Positions 1 through 11,684 of a DNA stretch of 64,000 bases are shown piece after piece. How positions within the stretch are numbered: position 1 is the stretch's first letter; every line of letters starts with the position of its first letter. This DNA is from Minutocellus sp. GHC0000111 (taxonomy: Eukaryota). The stretch covers positions 2,480,001 to 2,544,000 of the forward strand of contig OZ361257.1 of assembly GCA_977018835.1 (NCBI GenBank), written 5' to 3'. Under the pieces are notes generated by a model. That model worked only from the letters and a program-made list of their open reading frames with translations. It searched no databases and was not told where the DNA came from. A program made the translations under genes and the position numbers.

Positions 1-623
1 CAGGTAGATAGCTGAGGACTGCCAGCGCACCAATGTAAAAAGGCTACACGTTCCGGAACCGTCTCCTGGGCAATTGCGGCGTTGGCAGCATATTGGATGA
101 CGTTGGGGCCGGGGAGCGGCGACATGGTGGGCGAGCAATTAAGATCTACCATCCACAATTTCGTTGAGGGGTCTCGTTTACCTTGCAAAATGACGGCATT
201 GTCCTTGGCGATGACTACCGAATCCTTATCGAAAGTGGCAATGCATCCATCGTCACACAGCTGCCCAATCGATAGGAGCGATGATGCCATGTTATTGAAA
301 ATATAGGCCTTGCTAGCCGATGGGGAAGCCCCAGGGAGGCGAAGCGTGGCCTCGTGGGTGTTCGTCATTGTGCTATTATCCGGAAGGGTGACGCTGATAG
401 GAATTGCTGTCTGTTGGACGTTGAAAATAGAGCCATCGCACGATAGGCATTGGGGCTTCTGGACAAAATGTCCCGTCGTTCCAGTGTCTGCGGCGAGGAC
501 GATTGGCTCTTGAGTTGGAGGTTTGCTTTTTGACGTAAGAAAAGCTAACGAAGGCGGGGAGGAGGTGGATTCAGACATACTATCCTCTATTTTATGCTGA
601 TTAATATCCACCGTCCCTCCCGC
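1..623 (-). CDS. pol: Retrotransposon pol N-terminus (protease and pre-integrase region), in frame with gag after a TGA; partial
   Basis: My translation from 623 is open to the window edge: AGGTVDINQHKIEDSMSESTSSPPSLAFLTSKSKPPTQEPIVLAADTGTTGHFVQ...; it is absent from the ORF track because it has no stop in the window. Confidence 0.8.
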
Positions 624-1906
624 TCAGTTACGACGCGAGCTACCACCGCAAGGATTGTACTTGGTGGCGTTATCAACGTGGTTGGGCCCTTTGCAAGTGC
701 ATTCAAAGCTGGGGTGGTTGGACGAATAGCCGCACGTGTGGCAATAATGGCCTCTGGGGAGGATCGACTGCAGTTCCCGCTTCTCCTGGCGGTTGAGGTT
801 AGGACCTTGGCCTGGGAAGTGGCCGGCGCCGTTCTGCTGGCCACCGCCGCAGTAGCCTCCACTGCCACCAGTATGGTTGCGTCCCTCACGCAGAACGCGG
901 TTCTCGGCCTTGAGTGAAGCTATTTCTTGGCGAAGTTTGGCAATGGTGTCATCCTTCTCGTTGCTCTTTTTGGCGAGGTTCGCCATCATGGCTTGGTTGG
1001 TCTTGAGGGCTTCGGTGGTGTCAGCCAAAAGGAGATCGGCTCGAGAAAGAAATGGATCGTCCGAGGCCGATGAGGCCAAATTCGCGCCATGATATCCTGC
1101 CGCTTCGGTGGTGGTGTTGGCCATCTTCTTATCATGCCAATCGCGGAAGTCCGACTGCATGTTGGCCCACGTGCAATCGGCCTCCGGACTGTCGTCCCAG
1201 TCCTCGCATGCCTTCTTTGCCAATGAGAACCTGCGCACGGAGCGGTAGAACTTGGAGACCTTTTGCTTGTTGGTGAAGGGTTCGCCGGCCGTTTCAAACG
1301 CCTTGAAGACTTTGTTGAACATGGCGATGTGGGTGTCGATGGGTCCCCCGTCGCACTGCTTCTCGAGCTGCTTCTCTAATTCCTCCTTCTGAGTCTCGTT
1401 GAATTTCAAGCAGCGATCGGTAATGCTGTCGATGATTTGGCGGATGGTGACTGGCTGGAAACCGAGCATGTCATCTTCGAGATGATTGATGTAGACGGCG
1501 TCGATCGAGTCGAGGAGGAGATTCTTGAGCGCCGTGTTGACTTGCTCGTACAAGTTGTAGTGGCCCCCTTTTCGATGTAACATCCCCGGATTGCACGATC
1601 GCGTTGGTCTAGATTGGCCACGGCGGGAATGGTGGGGCTGGGGCCAGGATTTGCCGGAGGCACATGTGGTCGGCCGTTGCTTTTGGTGGTGCATTCGGCA
1701 TCGCTGACGACGAGGCCCAAATGGCCGAGGTTGTGGTCATTGTGCCCTGCTGGAATGCTGGCCGCCGCTTGTTGAAGTTCCTTGAGCGCTTTGGCAACAC
1801 GCTCGCGTTGGGGAGTTTGTCCTGGGTCATTCATGCATGTGATTAACTTGGTGGGGAGAATCGGCGCTGCGCCGAGAGGTTGGCCAAAAACTGCGTCGGG
1901 ATTCAT
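624..1906 (-). pseudogene. gag: Retrotransposon gag, split by one frameshift at about 1565-1590
   Basis: ORF 1406..1906 supplies the N-terminus (AASIPAGHNDHNLGHLGLVVS). ORF 624..1694 supplies the remainder (YEQVNTALKNLL... zinc knuckle) in a different frame. Confidence 0.75.
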
Positions 1907-2189
1907 GCTGGTGTTTCAGTCAGCGAAGACAGGCAGCACGGCGGTGTTGCTGCGAGACGTGTGATCGACAGAAGGTTCGATCCAGAGAAGTGTGATCGAT
2001 TGGATGGGTCGATCTGGTCAGGACTTTCGGGGAAGGGATTGGATCGTCGTTCCAATGTTGTCGAAAGAAACGGTCGTTTTGGCCGATTGAAGATGTGTCG
2101 GTTTTTCTTGCGTGACGAGTGAGAACCCACCAAGACAAACCGGTGAGGTGCGAACCGAAATGGGGCGAGCACGGGTGGACAAGATGCAT

Positions 2190-2395
2190 CACGTAGGTCT
2201 GCTAAGAGGTCCTAAAGCTAAGCTAGATAGATATAGCTAGTAGAGGTTAACAGGACCTACGTAGATGAAAAATGGGCCATCGGAGATGTCGTTGGCCCAT
2301 GGATCAACGGTCAGGAGAGGGCACTGAGTCAGTGGTCTGATCACCGTACGTACCGTACGTATGTATACGTACGTACGTGTCCCACAGCATCAACA
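2190..2395 (-). repeat. Putative 5' LTR (inner boundary uncertain)
   Basis: TGTTG start on the minus strand upstream of gag. The second LTR is outside the window, so this cannot be confirmed. Confidence 0.4.
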
Positions 2396-2939
2396 CAAAG
2401 TGCTCCCCCCGCGTAAAGACACGCGAACACAGCAGCACGAAGTGCCGTAGTGTTTCCCAAAGAAAACTAGCACGAAGTGCCATGGCATCGAAACTACCTT
2501 CTAAAACCACTACGTGTAGATCTGCACATGTTAAAAACACACCCGTTGCTTAGAGACTTTAAAAACAACATGCTTCTGCTCGCATTGTTCAACTCTCTCT
2601 CATCATCGGGGCACCCCGGCCGGGCCATCTGCTGCATGGCGCAACCATCCACACGAATCTGACTACGTGCCGGAACAAAGGAAATCTAGCAAACTATCTC
2701 TATGCGCGCAGATGGGTGCCCCCTCCCTGAGCTTGCGTTAGCCACTAGAACATCACCGCATCAGCACTAAACACGCATTGAACGAGTGCTCAGGCTTTTT
2801 ATGCCTACTGGCACTCTAGCTACGGTAGCTACGTAGCAACAGTCGAATTCTACTGTAGAATCGAATCAATCGAATGAATCATGATCTTTCCCTTTTCTCT
2901 TTTTCTTTTGAACTCTAAAAATGACTGTTTTGTTTTTGG

Positions 2940-5700
2940 TACAGTTGGACGGTTGCCTGCTATTGGACGAGTACTTCGGTTGTTGTAGGCAAGCGAGGGG
3001 CACGCACCTGGACAAAACAATAATGGGGAGCCTCTTGCTCGATTCCATGTCAATCGCCTACTGTCAATTTTCTTCTCTCCACCGAAACATTTTCAACCAG
3101 CAAAGAAATGAATGTTCGGGGTTGTTTGGGGGACATATTCTACATTGACACTGTTGGTATCCAATGCCTCAAAGCATTCATTTTGAGTCCAAAAGTAGAC
3201 TTGCACGCCCCGGTTCCTCGTAGTCCTAACGATGGCCACGAGAAGTCTGCAAGCTCTCCGTCTGATGAGTAAGCGGCGTTCGGTCGACGAACTGGCCATA
3301 ACTCTCCGAAAAGAGAAATATTTGCTCTACTTGAACTTGGTGCAGATCCTGGTGATTATTACGGCAATGACCTGACTAATTTAGATTTCACGGATGGCGA
3401 GTTATGCAAAGAATTGATGCCGGAAGGGAACGAGTCTTGGAAAGCAGTGTGGCAGGACGTGTTGGATAAAATGAAATCATCATCTCTGAAGTGAACACGA
3501 CCAGGAAAATAAGCAGTGTTGTTAGGATCAGATGCTATTTCTTTCACTAATTCCTTGCCACATCCGAGGCCGAAGGTGCTACACGGCCTTTGACAGCTCG
3601 CAGTACATGTAGAACACTCTATACATGTAGATCTATTGTTGCCACATATCTTTATTAGTCTTTTAAGTACTCGTACATGTAATCAGAGCAGTTACGTTTG
3701 CATTCACGCCATTTTATTTTCCTTTGACGCTACAGAGTATTTTCTAAAGTTTTCGCTGAGACTTCACTCTTCACAGGTGAAAGAAAAACTTTACAGTATG
3801 TAGAACTCGGAACGCACGGTCGCGGCCTTTCCAACTGGAGCATTTGTGGGGATCTTAGAGAAAATCAGCCGGGGTTTTCTCCGTCTGTCGTATTATGGAT
3901 ACGTCAGTGGCAACGGCTCGAATGGCTCATCTTGAGAAGTATCGTTGCAACGGTATCCTTTGAGGACCGTTAGCTAAGATATAGGGCTAGTTAGCCAAGT
4001 ACGATTAACGATAGATCTATCCGCGGAGCTGCAGTATTACGGTACGCCGCCGGCGAAGTTTCTGTATCTGGCTGGTTTATCTCATAATTGGTGTTTCGGC
4101 GAGGCTCGGGGAGATTTTCCCAGCGCGGGGCGTGCGTCATTACTCTGCCGGTGCCATGGCCGCCAAAGGACCTCTCAGTAAGTGCTTATTCTCTAATTGT
4201 TATTCGCTTTTTTCGTCATCGTCGAGTATGCTTCGAGGTAATGCCGATCGTAATCGCCCGATATGGCTGTGTCCGCGACGTTTCCCAGGTCGGCCCTGAG
4301 ACGAGTTTCGAGCTCCTTCCGCTTATCCTCGAAATGAAATTATCCTCGAAATGAACGAGGTGATGGTAGAGAGCATTATCACTTGATATTGCGCCACCAT
4401 CCATCTTATTTTGGAGACGTTTGTGCCTGTAAACTTGTTCGAGTCTGCGATCGTCGCCCTCTCTGCCAGCGACGAGCTGACGATTATACTCCCTTATTTC
4501 CTCGGTTGTCACCTTCGTCTTTAGCTTAGCCTTCTTCTTGCCGGGAGGAGCTTTTTCATTGCTTTCCGCGACATATTTCTCAAGACGCTTACAAAGATCA
4601 ATATCCTTCATATCTTTCCCTGCTCTTGCCTTTTGCAGATCATTTCGAATGGCATCCATCTCATCAGCAGCATCCGTATCATCCTTGGCCTCTGCAGCAT
4701 AGTTCGGCATCTCTTTTGCTATCTGTTATCTTTTTCCCTACCTTATCGACTGCCGCCTCACAACGCCCAATGGAGGCACTTTCATCTTCACCGGTATTAT
4801 CATTGACCTTGGCCCTCCCTTTGGTTACAAGCTCTGCGGCGAATTCTGCTGCAAATACAATGTTCTGAAGAAACTTGATAGGTTGGGGCATGAAGGAAGA
4901 GAGATCGTCATAGGTCCAGTCATCCTTATCCTTGACCAGTACGAGGAAGATACCGAATCCAAGCATGTGGCTGCAAAATAGCCAACCGTTTGGACAGTCA
5001 CATTTGGATGCATCATGTAAGTACTCTCCTTCTACAGAGAATGTGAGATCCACGGAATATATCTCGCTCTTCATGCTCGGTGTCACTTTTATTTCATGTG
5101 TTACCACCTATCCGTCGTGGCCTTTAATGCGTGTCTTGGTGTGGCGTAAGCTTTCTATCAAGTTTTTGCCGAACATGAATCTCTTCCACGCTCATTCTTT
5201 CACACCATTCCTCTTCTTTCCAAATTTATTATCATCTATCCAATCAGAATCAATGTTGGTGGACTTGAGATGCTCGCGGATATTTGTGATTGGGTCTTCT
5301 GGATTAGCAGACCATTCCACGTTCGGCCCTGGTCGTCTCCTTGGTCTCCTGTCCGTTGCTTCTTTTCTTAGCGAAGTTCTAGCGAAGTTCTAGCGAAATG
5401 CTAGCGAAATGCTAGCGAAATGCTAGCGAAGAGCTACCGGTACCGCGAATGCTGGACGATGGTGGCCGGTGACAACGTCGGAATGCTTCCATCATCGTGT
5501 CCGTATCACGGACGGATGATGCAGAGGTTGGAAGGGCGAATGGTCTGGTCCTTGCGTCCTATTCGTCGCCAGCGGGCCGCTCGAGCAGTGTTTGCAGCTT
5601 GATTTTTCCACGTAGTATCTGATTGGCAAGGGCTGTTGCACTTCCATTTGATCTTCGTGCATAATTTGATCATCGACTAGGACTATAACCTGTCTGTTCT
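2940..5700. mobile_element. Degenerate DNA-transposon-like remnant with a SWIM zinc-finger ORF
   Basis: Broken minus-strand ORFs 4216..5107 contain KVTPSMKSEIYSV...CDCPNGWLFCSHM (SWIM-type CxC...CxH) with stops and a frameshift. Weak, stop-riddled transposase-like sequence on the plus strand at ~2940-3600. Confidence 0.4.
5368..5431. repeat. Short tandem repeat, 11-12 bp unit (ctagcgaaatg / ctagcgaagtt), about 6 copies
   Basis: Directly visible. Confidence 0.85.
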
Positions 5701-6023
5701 TCATGCATACGAAATACATGAGAAGCTATTTAGTAGATTTGAGTTGGAGTCTGCATCACTACTACCTTGAATAATCGATCTAGAGATATGATTGATTCAT
5801 TCTAATATTATCACTTCAACTGCTTTATCTCTTCTTGACACAGTTGTGGTATCGACAAACGAAAGATAGCCGTTGCTTACCTCCTTTCATTACTCAAGTG
5901 GAATCAATCTTTCTTCTTTTGATCTTGACACACATACTCTATCCCTCACGTCGCTAGCCTCTGTTTCGTAAAAGGAAAGAGACGCAAGGAGTAGACTCAA
6001 GTTTGGCTCATCTCTCGGCCTTA

Positions 6024-8030
6024 CTAAACTCGAACCCAGTGGGCCATAGGAACCTCAAATCCTTCCGTTTCCAAGTACTCCGTATTGAAGCGCGAATCAT
6101 CAAACTCCTCTTCAAAAGCCCCCCAAGCCCTATCGTAAAACCAAACTCGCGTTCCAATGAGGTATCTGTGTCCCTTGAAGCGAAAATATTCCGCACCGAT
6201 TTCATCGCGAAGGATGGCCTTGCAGAGAGATTCGCTGACAGGAAGAGGATTGAGCCTTTCCTTTACCCAGCCATCAATAATATAGACCGCAATTGGCATG
6301 GTAACAATCATTTCGATGTATTTGCAAACCTTTTTGACAGTCAGCCAAACTTCAAAAATGGAGAAGATAAACTTCGGGTATTCCCATGTGCACTTCGCGC
6401 AAAGGGTGACTGCAGCCCAGCAGAGGCCGACGGCAGACACTGCAAATCCGAACACAACTTTCGGGAACCAGCATGGCAGTGGGAGATATTGCCCAAGCTC
6501 CTCCTCAACAAACTTGGCAGTGAGCCCAACGTAGAGCTCTGACGTACCAGAGACGGGCACGGGCTTGGCATCAACAACATCCTTGTTGAGGTAAGGCATC
6601 ACCAACTCAAACGTGTGAAAGGAGATGTCCGCAGTACCGGGATCCTTGGCGAATGCCTCGACGAGTCCGTCAATCGAAAAGGCGATCGAGCCATCAACTT
6701 CCACAACGTGGTCGATGGCGTGGCCCTCCTTGATGCCCTTGCATCGATGGAGAACGGACAGCTCAATGACTTTGCTTTGGACGGCCTTGGCGAAGCGCTC
6801 GATCTCCTGACGACAGGAAGAAGGCAGCTGGTTGTCAAGATGGTTCGTCGCGAAGTTGGGAGCGATGCCGATGCTCGAAGACCCGGGAACATATTCGACG
6901 ATGTCGGGGTCGAGGTGAGGACCCAACAAATGCAGCGTGTCGACGGAGAGATGCACAGCAGCGGCGAACTGATCCATGGAGGTGGAGTGCGCTGCACCCT
7001 TCGACCGAGTCACAGTCGACTTGTACTTGTTGCTGCCGATATCCGAGGTCATGCCCTCGCACTTGCCTTCGACCGCAAAGTCGATGAGTTGCGACTCGAT
7101 GGAGGCCACGATCGCTCTACTCTTCGGCGACAAGACACAGTCGGCGTGTGTCTCCTTCGACACAACGAAGAGCCCCGTCTTGTCCGTGGCCTGGCAGTCG
7201 ACGACCAGGCCACCCGCGCACCGTGCATGATTGGGGCAAGACTTGGGGACGGACGAAGTATCACAGGTGCTCTTGACGTTCCAATGTGCCTTGATGGCAG
7301 GGGCGGTCTTCAGGGACCAGTGGTTGGGAGAGGCGCCATCGAGGTCATCAGTTGCGCCCGGAGAGTCTTGGAAACAATCCAACAGCACTGGGCTACCGAA
7401 CATTGCCACTTTTGCGGCCTCCTTGGAGGAAGAAGCAAAAGTGGCAATGCCACCGCCGACGTGGAGCACTGCGCTACCAACTGCAAGCATGGCGTCATTC
7501 CAGATCTGGAATATTTCCCAGCCGAAGGTGGCAGCTGCGTTGTACGTCCCGTTGCTGACGGAGGATGCACCGCTGCCAATCTTGCTGCCGATGGTGGCAG
7601 CTGCGTTGTACGTCCCGTTGCTGACGGAGGATGCACCGCTGCCAATCTTGCTGCCGATGGTGGCAGCTGCGTTGTACGTCCCGTTGCTGACGGAGGATGC
7701 ACCGCTGCCAATCTTGCTGCCGATGGTGGCAGCTGCGGTGTACGCTCCAGTGCCGGTGGAGGTGATGGCGGTGCGGACTGTGCCGATGAAGGTCGTAGCT
7801 ACTTTGTACATTCCAATACCGGTAGAAGTGATGGTAGTACGGCCTGCACCGATGAAAGTGGCAATCCCGTTGCGACCAGAGCACAGCACCAGCACCGCGA
7901 AAGCGGTTGCAAGGAAGCAGAGACCGGCAGTGAAGATCTGTTCCTGCGTCTTGTTTCTGCGGCGCAGCCGATCAAGCCTCTGTTGCTCTTCCCTTAGCAG
8001 GGGGTCGTCGATGCTCTCCTCGTCGCTCAT
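6024..8030 (-). CDS. Membrane protein resembling the Man1/Src1 (MSC-domain) inner nuclear membrane family, with a 22-aa internal repeat
   Basis: Long ORF from ATG 8030 (MSDEESIDD) with an N-terminal TM segment, Cys motif CPNHARCAGG, a second hydrophobic segment and a C-terminal W...DSRF motif. Confidence 0.55.
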   Translation of the reverse strand: MSDEESIDDPLLREEQQRLDRLRRRNKTQEQIFTAGLCFLATAFAVLVLCSGRNGIATFIGAGRTTITSTGIGMYKVATTFIGTVRTAITSTGTGAYTAAATIGSKIGSGASSVSNGTYNAAATIGSKIGSGASSVSNGTYNAAATIGSKIGSGASSVSNGTYNAAATFGWEIFQIWNDAMLAVGSAVLHVGGGIATFASSSKEAAKVAMFGSPVLLDCFQDSPGATDDLDGASPNHWSLKTAPAIKAHWNVKSTCDTSSVPKSCPNHARCAGGLVVDCQATDKTGLFVVSKETHADCVLSPKSRAIVASIESQLIDFAVEGKCEGMTSDIGSNKYKSTVTRSKGAAHSTSMDQFAAAVHLSVDTLHLLGPHLDPDIVEYVPGSSSIGIAPNFATNHLDNQLPSSCRQEIERFAKAVQSKVIELSVLHRCKGIKEGHAIDHVVEVDGSIAFSIDGLVEAFAKDPGTADISFHTFELVMPYLNKDVVDAKPVPVSGTSELYVGLTAKFVEEELGQYLPLPCWFPKVVFGFAVSAVGLCWAAVTLCAKCTWEYPKFIFSIFEVWLTVKKVCKYIEMIVTMPIAVYIIDGWVKERLNPLPVSESLCKAILRDEIGAEYFRFKGHRYLIGTRVWFYDRAWGAFEEEFDDSRFNTEYLETEGFEVPMAHWVRV
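7527..7737. repeat. 66-bp coding tandem repeat, 3 near-identical copies plus a partial
   Basis: ggtggcagctgcg recurs at 7527, 7593, 7659 and 7725; the unit encodes AAATIGSKIGSGASSVSNGTYN. Confidence 0.95.
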
Positions 8031-10235
8031 CTTGATGAGGGTCGGAGAAGTACAAGTGGTATGGATGTACCTGTGATGTGGGTGGCGATGATTGCATGAT
8101 GATGATGATGATGATAATGATGATGATAATGATAGTGGTGGGGGCGTAGAGATGAAGTCAGAATAAGGGTTAGAAGTGTGCGCATGACGAATCAAATCCG
8201 ATCTCTGTTCAGCAAGCGACTCCAACATTATATCCCACCGAGCAGGTCGGTGTTCAGTCAAAGTAGATCCAAGATCACTGCGATTGGCATTCAAGCAGGA
8301 CCGCCGCGTCAACACCAAAAGCCCGACAACGAGGCAGCTTGCGGAGTGCCACTGTGACTATGATCAATAGTGCCCAGCCGTTCGGATCACCCTCGTGGTC
8401 CCATCATCCAGGCGGCGTATCGAATTTCAATGCCGTTGCTCTCGTTTCGTCCAGTCAGCAGGATCGGGCCGTCATCACGCCGATACCACCAGAAGCGATC
8501 GGGGTGGGTCCGAAGCCAACCAATGCGCATTCCGCTGCCTTACAATACCGCACGATGCAGTGCTGAGGCAGGACCGGGCCAAAGGCCGTGCCCCTTTCGA
8601 TGATCCGTCCCGTTATTCCGATGGATGCCAACTGAAAAAAAAAAATCGCACCGGATCGGTCCCTCCTCCGGCTCCTCCCCGTCCGCGCCGCATCTTCCTC
8701 GTACGCACCTTCTTCGCTATCGCCCTTCGTCGTCCGACCGATGGATGCTCCTCGGCTGATGCTGGGAGCCCGGGCGGTACCTGCGGGTCTCTCCACGCGG
8801 CCTCTTTGGCTCTGCCTGGCCGACCGCAAAGTGGCGTGTGATGGATTGCATTGCTGCGCCGCCCTCCTGTCGAGTTTGGATTTCGCTCGATCGGCGAAAT
8901 CCAAAGGCGAACTTCGGAACTTCGCCGGCCGGATACCATTTGATGTACCTAGGTAAGTAAGCTGCTGCCATTGTAGCAGTATGCCAACGCTGCTGCTGCA
9001 GCACCTGCACCTGCATCGATTTGTCACGTGCCCGTCCTCCCATGGGCCAACGTTGGCCCTGGCTGCATTCCACGCACAGTGCGTTGCAGGCCAGCTTACG
9101 CAACTGCAGATGTTGTGTCGCTCAGGGATGTGCTCACTACATCGAAAAAGAGCGATTTAGATAGGACGAGAGACCGACAAGAGTTCAATATTGGCAACAC
9201 CGAATGGCGACTCGGGGCACAGCTAGCTAGATCATTGCACGTGTATGTTCCAGGTGGACAAGCGGAGCGGCCGCCACGCCCACGAGGTTCACGAGGTTTC
9301 TTCTTGGAAAGGCGAGGAGATCGGCTGCCGAGCAATCTGGCGACTTTCCGAACAGAATCTGAGGAAGAAGTTGCGAAGAGAGGATTGTCAATTGAGTTTA
9401 CTAACTATCTATCCAATCCTGGCAACCCATCGACGTTTGGGGCCATTCGTTTTATTGTCGTTGTCCGAGGAGAAGCGAGATTGGGGTTGCGTGGGAAGGA
9501 GGCGATGGCATAGGATCCCAACGGTCGTATCGAAACCCATGCAACCATTGCGATTAGCAAGTGTTCGAAAGGCATTCAAAAAGAGTGCTGGACGATAAAC
9601 GATTGGTAGGTGCGCAACTTCTCTCCGCCGGTTGATACTGAGGGGTCGCCGATACGACAACACCCGCATCTACATCGCCGGTAATGCCGCCAAAGATAAT
9701 ATGCTTCACTCTTTCGTGGTATCATCTCATCGAGTCTCGTTTGGTTCACTTTTCCTCGCTTTCCTGAACGCTTGCTTTCAGTGCTGTTGTCGAATCTTCT
9801 TTGTAGGGCAGGTGTCATCAATAACGAAGGCGTGAGCACCGAGGCGATTACAGACGCCCACGTCGCTAGTGATCTCGGTGTAATGGCCCGTGGCGGGTGT
9901 GTGTACTCTCGTCATTGTTTACAGTACAGCTCGATAAGCCCAATCACACGCGGTTTCACTCAGGCTGAGAAGATACGATCGGAATAAAAGTCAGACCGGA
10001 GGGGACAAAGCGGAGGGACGGTGCATGCGTGGCTCTCTTTCATCGCCGGAGTGGCACCCATCGGTTGGTGCGCTGCACGATTAGAACACATAATTTAGTC
10101 AAGTGATTGATGTGATAACAAATGCAAATCTAAATAATGAATATACTTCTACTTTCTACTGAAAAGAATCACTCCAACAAAGGACTGGGGAGGAATAAAA
10201 GCAACAATGCCCGACAGCGGAGGCGGAGACACGTC

Positions 10236-10754
10236 TCAAAGGATCTTGAAATGGTACATGTAGGAAACAAGGCAAAGAACCACCATGACAACGCCAAAGA
10301 CGCAGTATTTCAGAACAGCAATATCGTTGTCATGCAACTCAAGAACTGCGCCCTGCCCAGAGAGCACAGTCTTGATGCCAAAAAGGTCCTTGGTGATTTT
10401 ACCAACCTTTGTGAAGAGATTGCCAACCTTTTGGGAGACATTGCCAACCTCTTGGGTTAGCTTCTCAATCTTTTCACCATTAGCTTTGATATCCTTGCCA
10501 TTTTCATTAGCCTCGGCAAGAGCACCCTGAAGAAACTCAAGGCTGTACTCTCCAGTGACCTTGGGAGTCTTAGGAGGAGACACAGGGATAATGGTTGCCC
10601 TAGGAGTCTTGGGGGTCTTGGCCCTGGCAGTCGTGCGCTTTGGCTGAGCCTTCTTGGCCTTGGCCTCTGCTGCCTTCTTGGCCTCCTCCTTCTTGGCCCT
10701 CTGCCTCAGTTTGTAGGCCTCTACATAAAACTCATCACTTGCCTTACGAACCAT
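10236..10754 (-). CDS. Hypothetical basic/coiled-coil protein with a C-terminal TM anchor
   Basis: 172-aa ATG-initiated ORF with a Lys/Ala-rich segment, a heptad-like region and a hydrophobic tail. Confidence 0.65.
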   Translation of the reverse strand: MVRKASDEFYVEAYKLRQRAKKEEAKKAAEAKAKKAQPKRTTARAKTPKTPRATIIPVSPPKTPKVTGEYSLEFLQGALAEANENGKDIKANGEKIEKLTQEVGNVSQKVGNLFTKVGKITKDLFGIKTVLSGQGAVLELHDNDIAVLKYCVFGVVMVVLCLVSYMYHFKIL

Positions 10755-11684
10755 AGTTGGAGGGGTTTGGATTGAAGTAAAAGGGTAGGCTTGAATGGGT
10801 GTGGTATCGATACCGAGTTGGTCGATTTGTGTGATGGTGGGTTCGTCGGGCGGCGGCGGTGGAATTTTTTTTCAGACACGCGCGCGACGAATTCAATTTC
10901 TGTGGGCAAAGTCTTTGTGCATGAGCGCCGACGAAAGGGCCCTTGGTGGCACGACTTGCAATGAACTATATCTTGGCTCGTACTTGGCCGATGACGACGA
11001 ATCAACATGCGTTGGATGGATCTTGAGGCACCTGAGTCGAGTCACATGTTGGGGGCGGAGTGGGCGATGCGTTCGCGGCGTCAGCGGCGGCAAAAAGATA
11101 CGCTCGGCGGTGAGCGGTGGTGGCGAAATGGAATCTGAAGATGGCATTCACCCATCATACTAGCTAGTAGCTGAGCTAGGTGGCCATCGAAAATCAGGCA
11201 TAAAGCTGACGATACCATCGATAAGCAAAGGTTGGCGATGCGATACGGCCCCGCTGCCCGCTGCCGCCCCGCTGCCTCGTGCCTTGTTCTTTCTGCTCCA
11301 ACTGCAAATCTTCGACACTCCCCGTGAAATGGTCTGTACGTCTACCGGATAGCGCAGACCGCGGGGCCACGCGCGGTGGGATGGCGTGGGCGGGAGCGCA
11401 CGAACTTCGAAACAGGTAGATCTCATCTTCCATTTTTATGTGCCAACGAACTGATGAGCCGATATCGCTATGGATGTTGGCCTTGCTGTTTGTCATGTTC
11501 GCAAGTGCCAGCTCTACAGTGCGTAATTCTTTTGCATTTGCCTTCTCGTCATCACATGGCACGTGTCATAATTCTGCTCGTACCTACCACCGTCGGCACG
11601 AAGAGGAACCCCGAAATGCAATACGGCCCGTTAGAATGGAAAACAGTTGCCATTGCGAATCGACTCCTCCTGCGCCATCCAGTG

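Larger units (their letters stand above)
1..2395 (-). mobile_element. Ty1/copia LTR retrotransposon (CoDi-like), 5' part; continues off the left edge of the window
   Basis: Minus strand reads gag (C-terminal C-x2-C...H...C knuckle HYCHTCGYSSNHPSFEC and the ATKYNPCGGS tail), then an aspartic protease motif (LAADTGTTGHF) and copia pre-integrase-like sequence (LLSIGQLCDDGC, GKRDPSTKLW, FLHWCAGSP). A putative LTR starts with TGTTG at 2395. Confidence 0.85.

Noticed and set aside
6615..8076. Long plus-strand ORFs 6615..7997 and 7231..8076
   Set aside because: Antisense shadows of the minus-strand gene and its 66-bp repeat.
8320..10130. Many short overlapping ORFs
   Set aside because: No recognisable domains; treated as intergenic or unrecognisable remnants.
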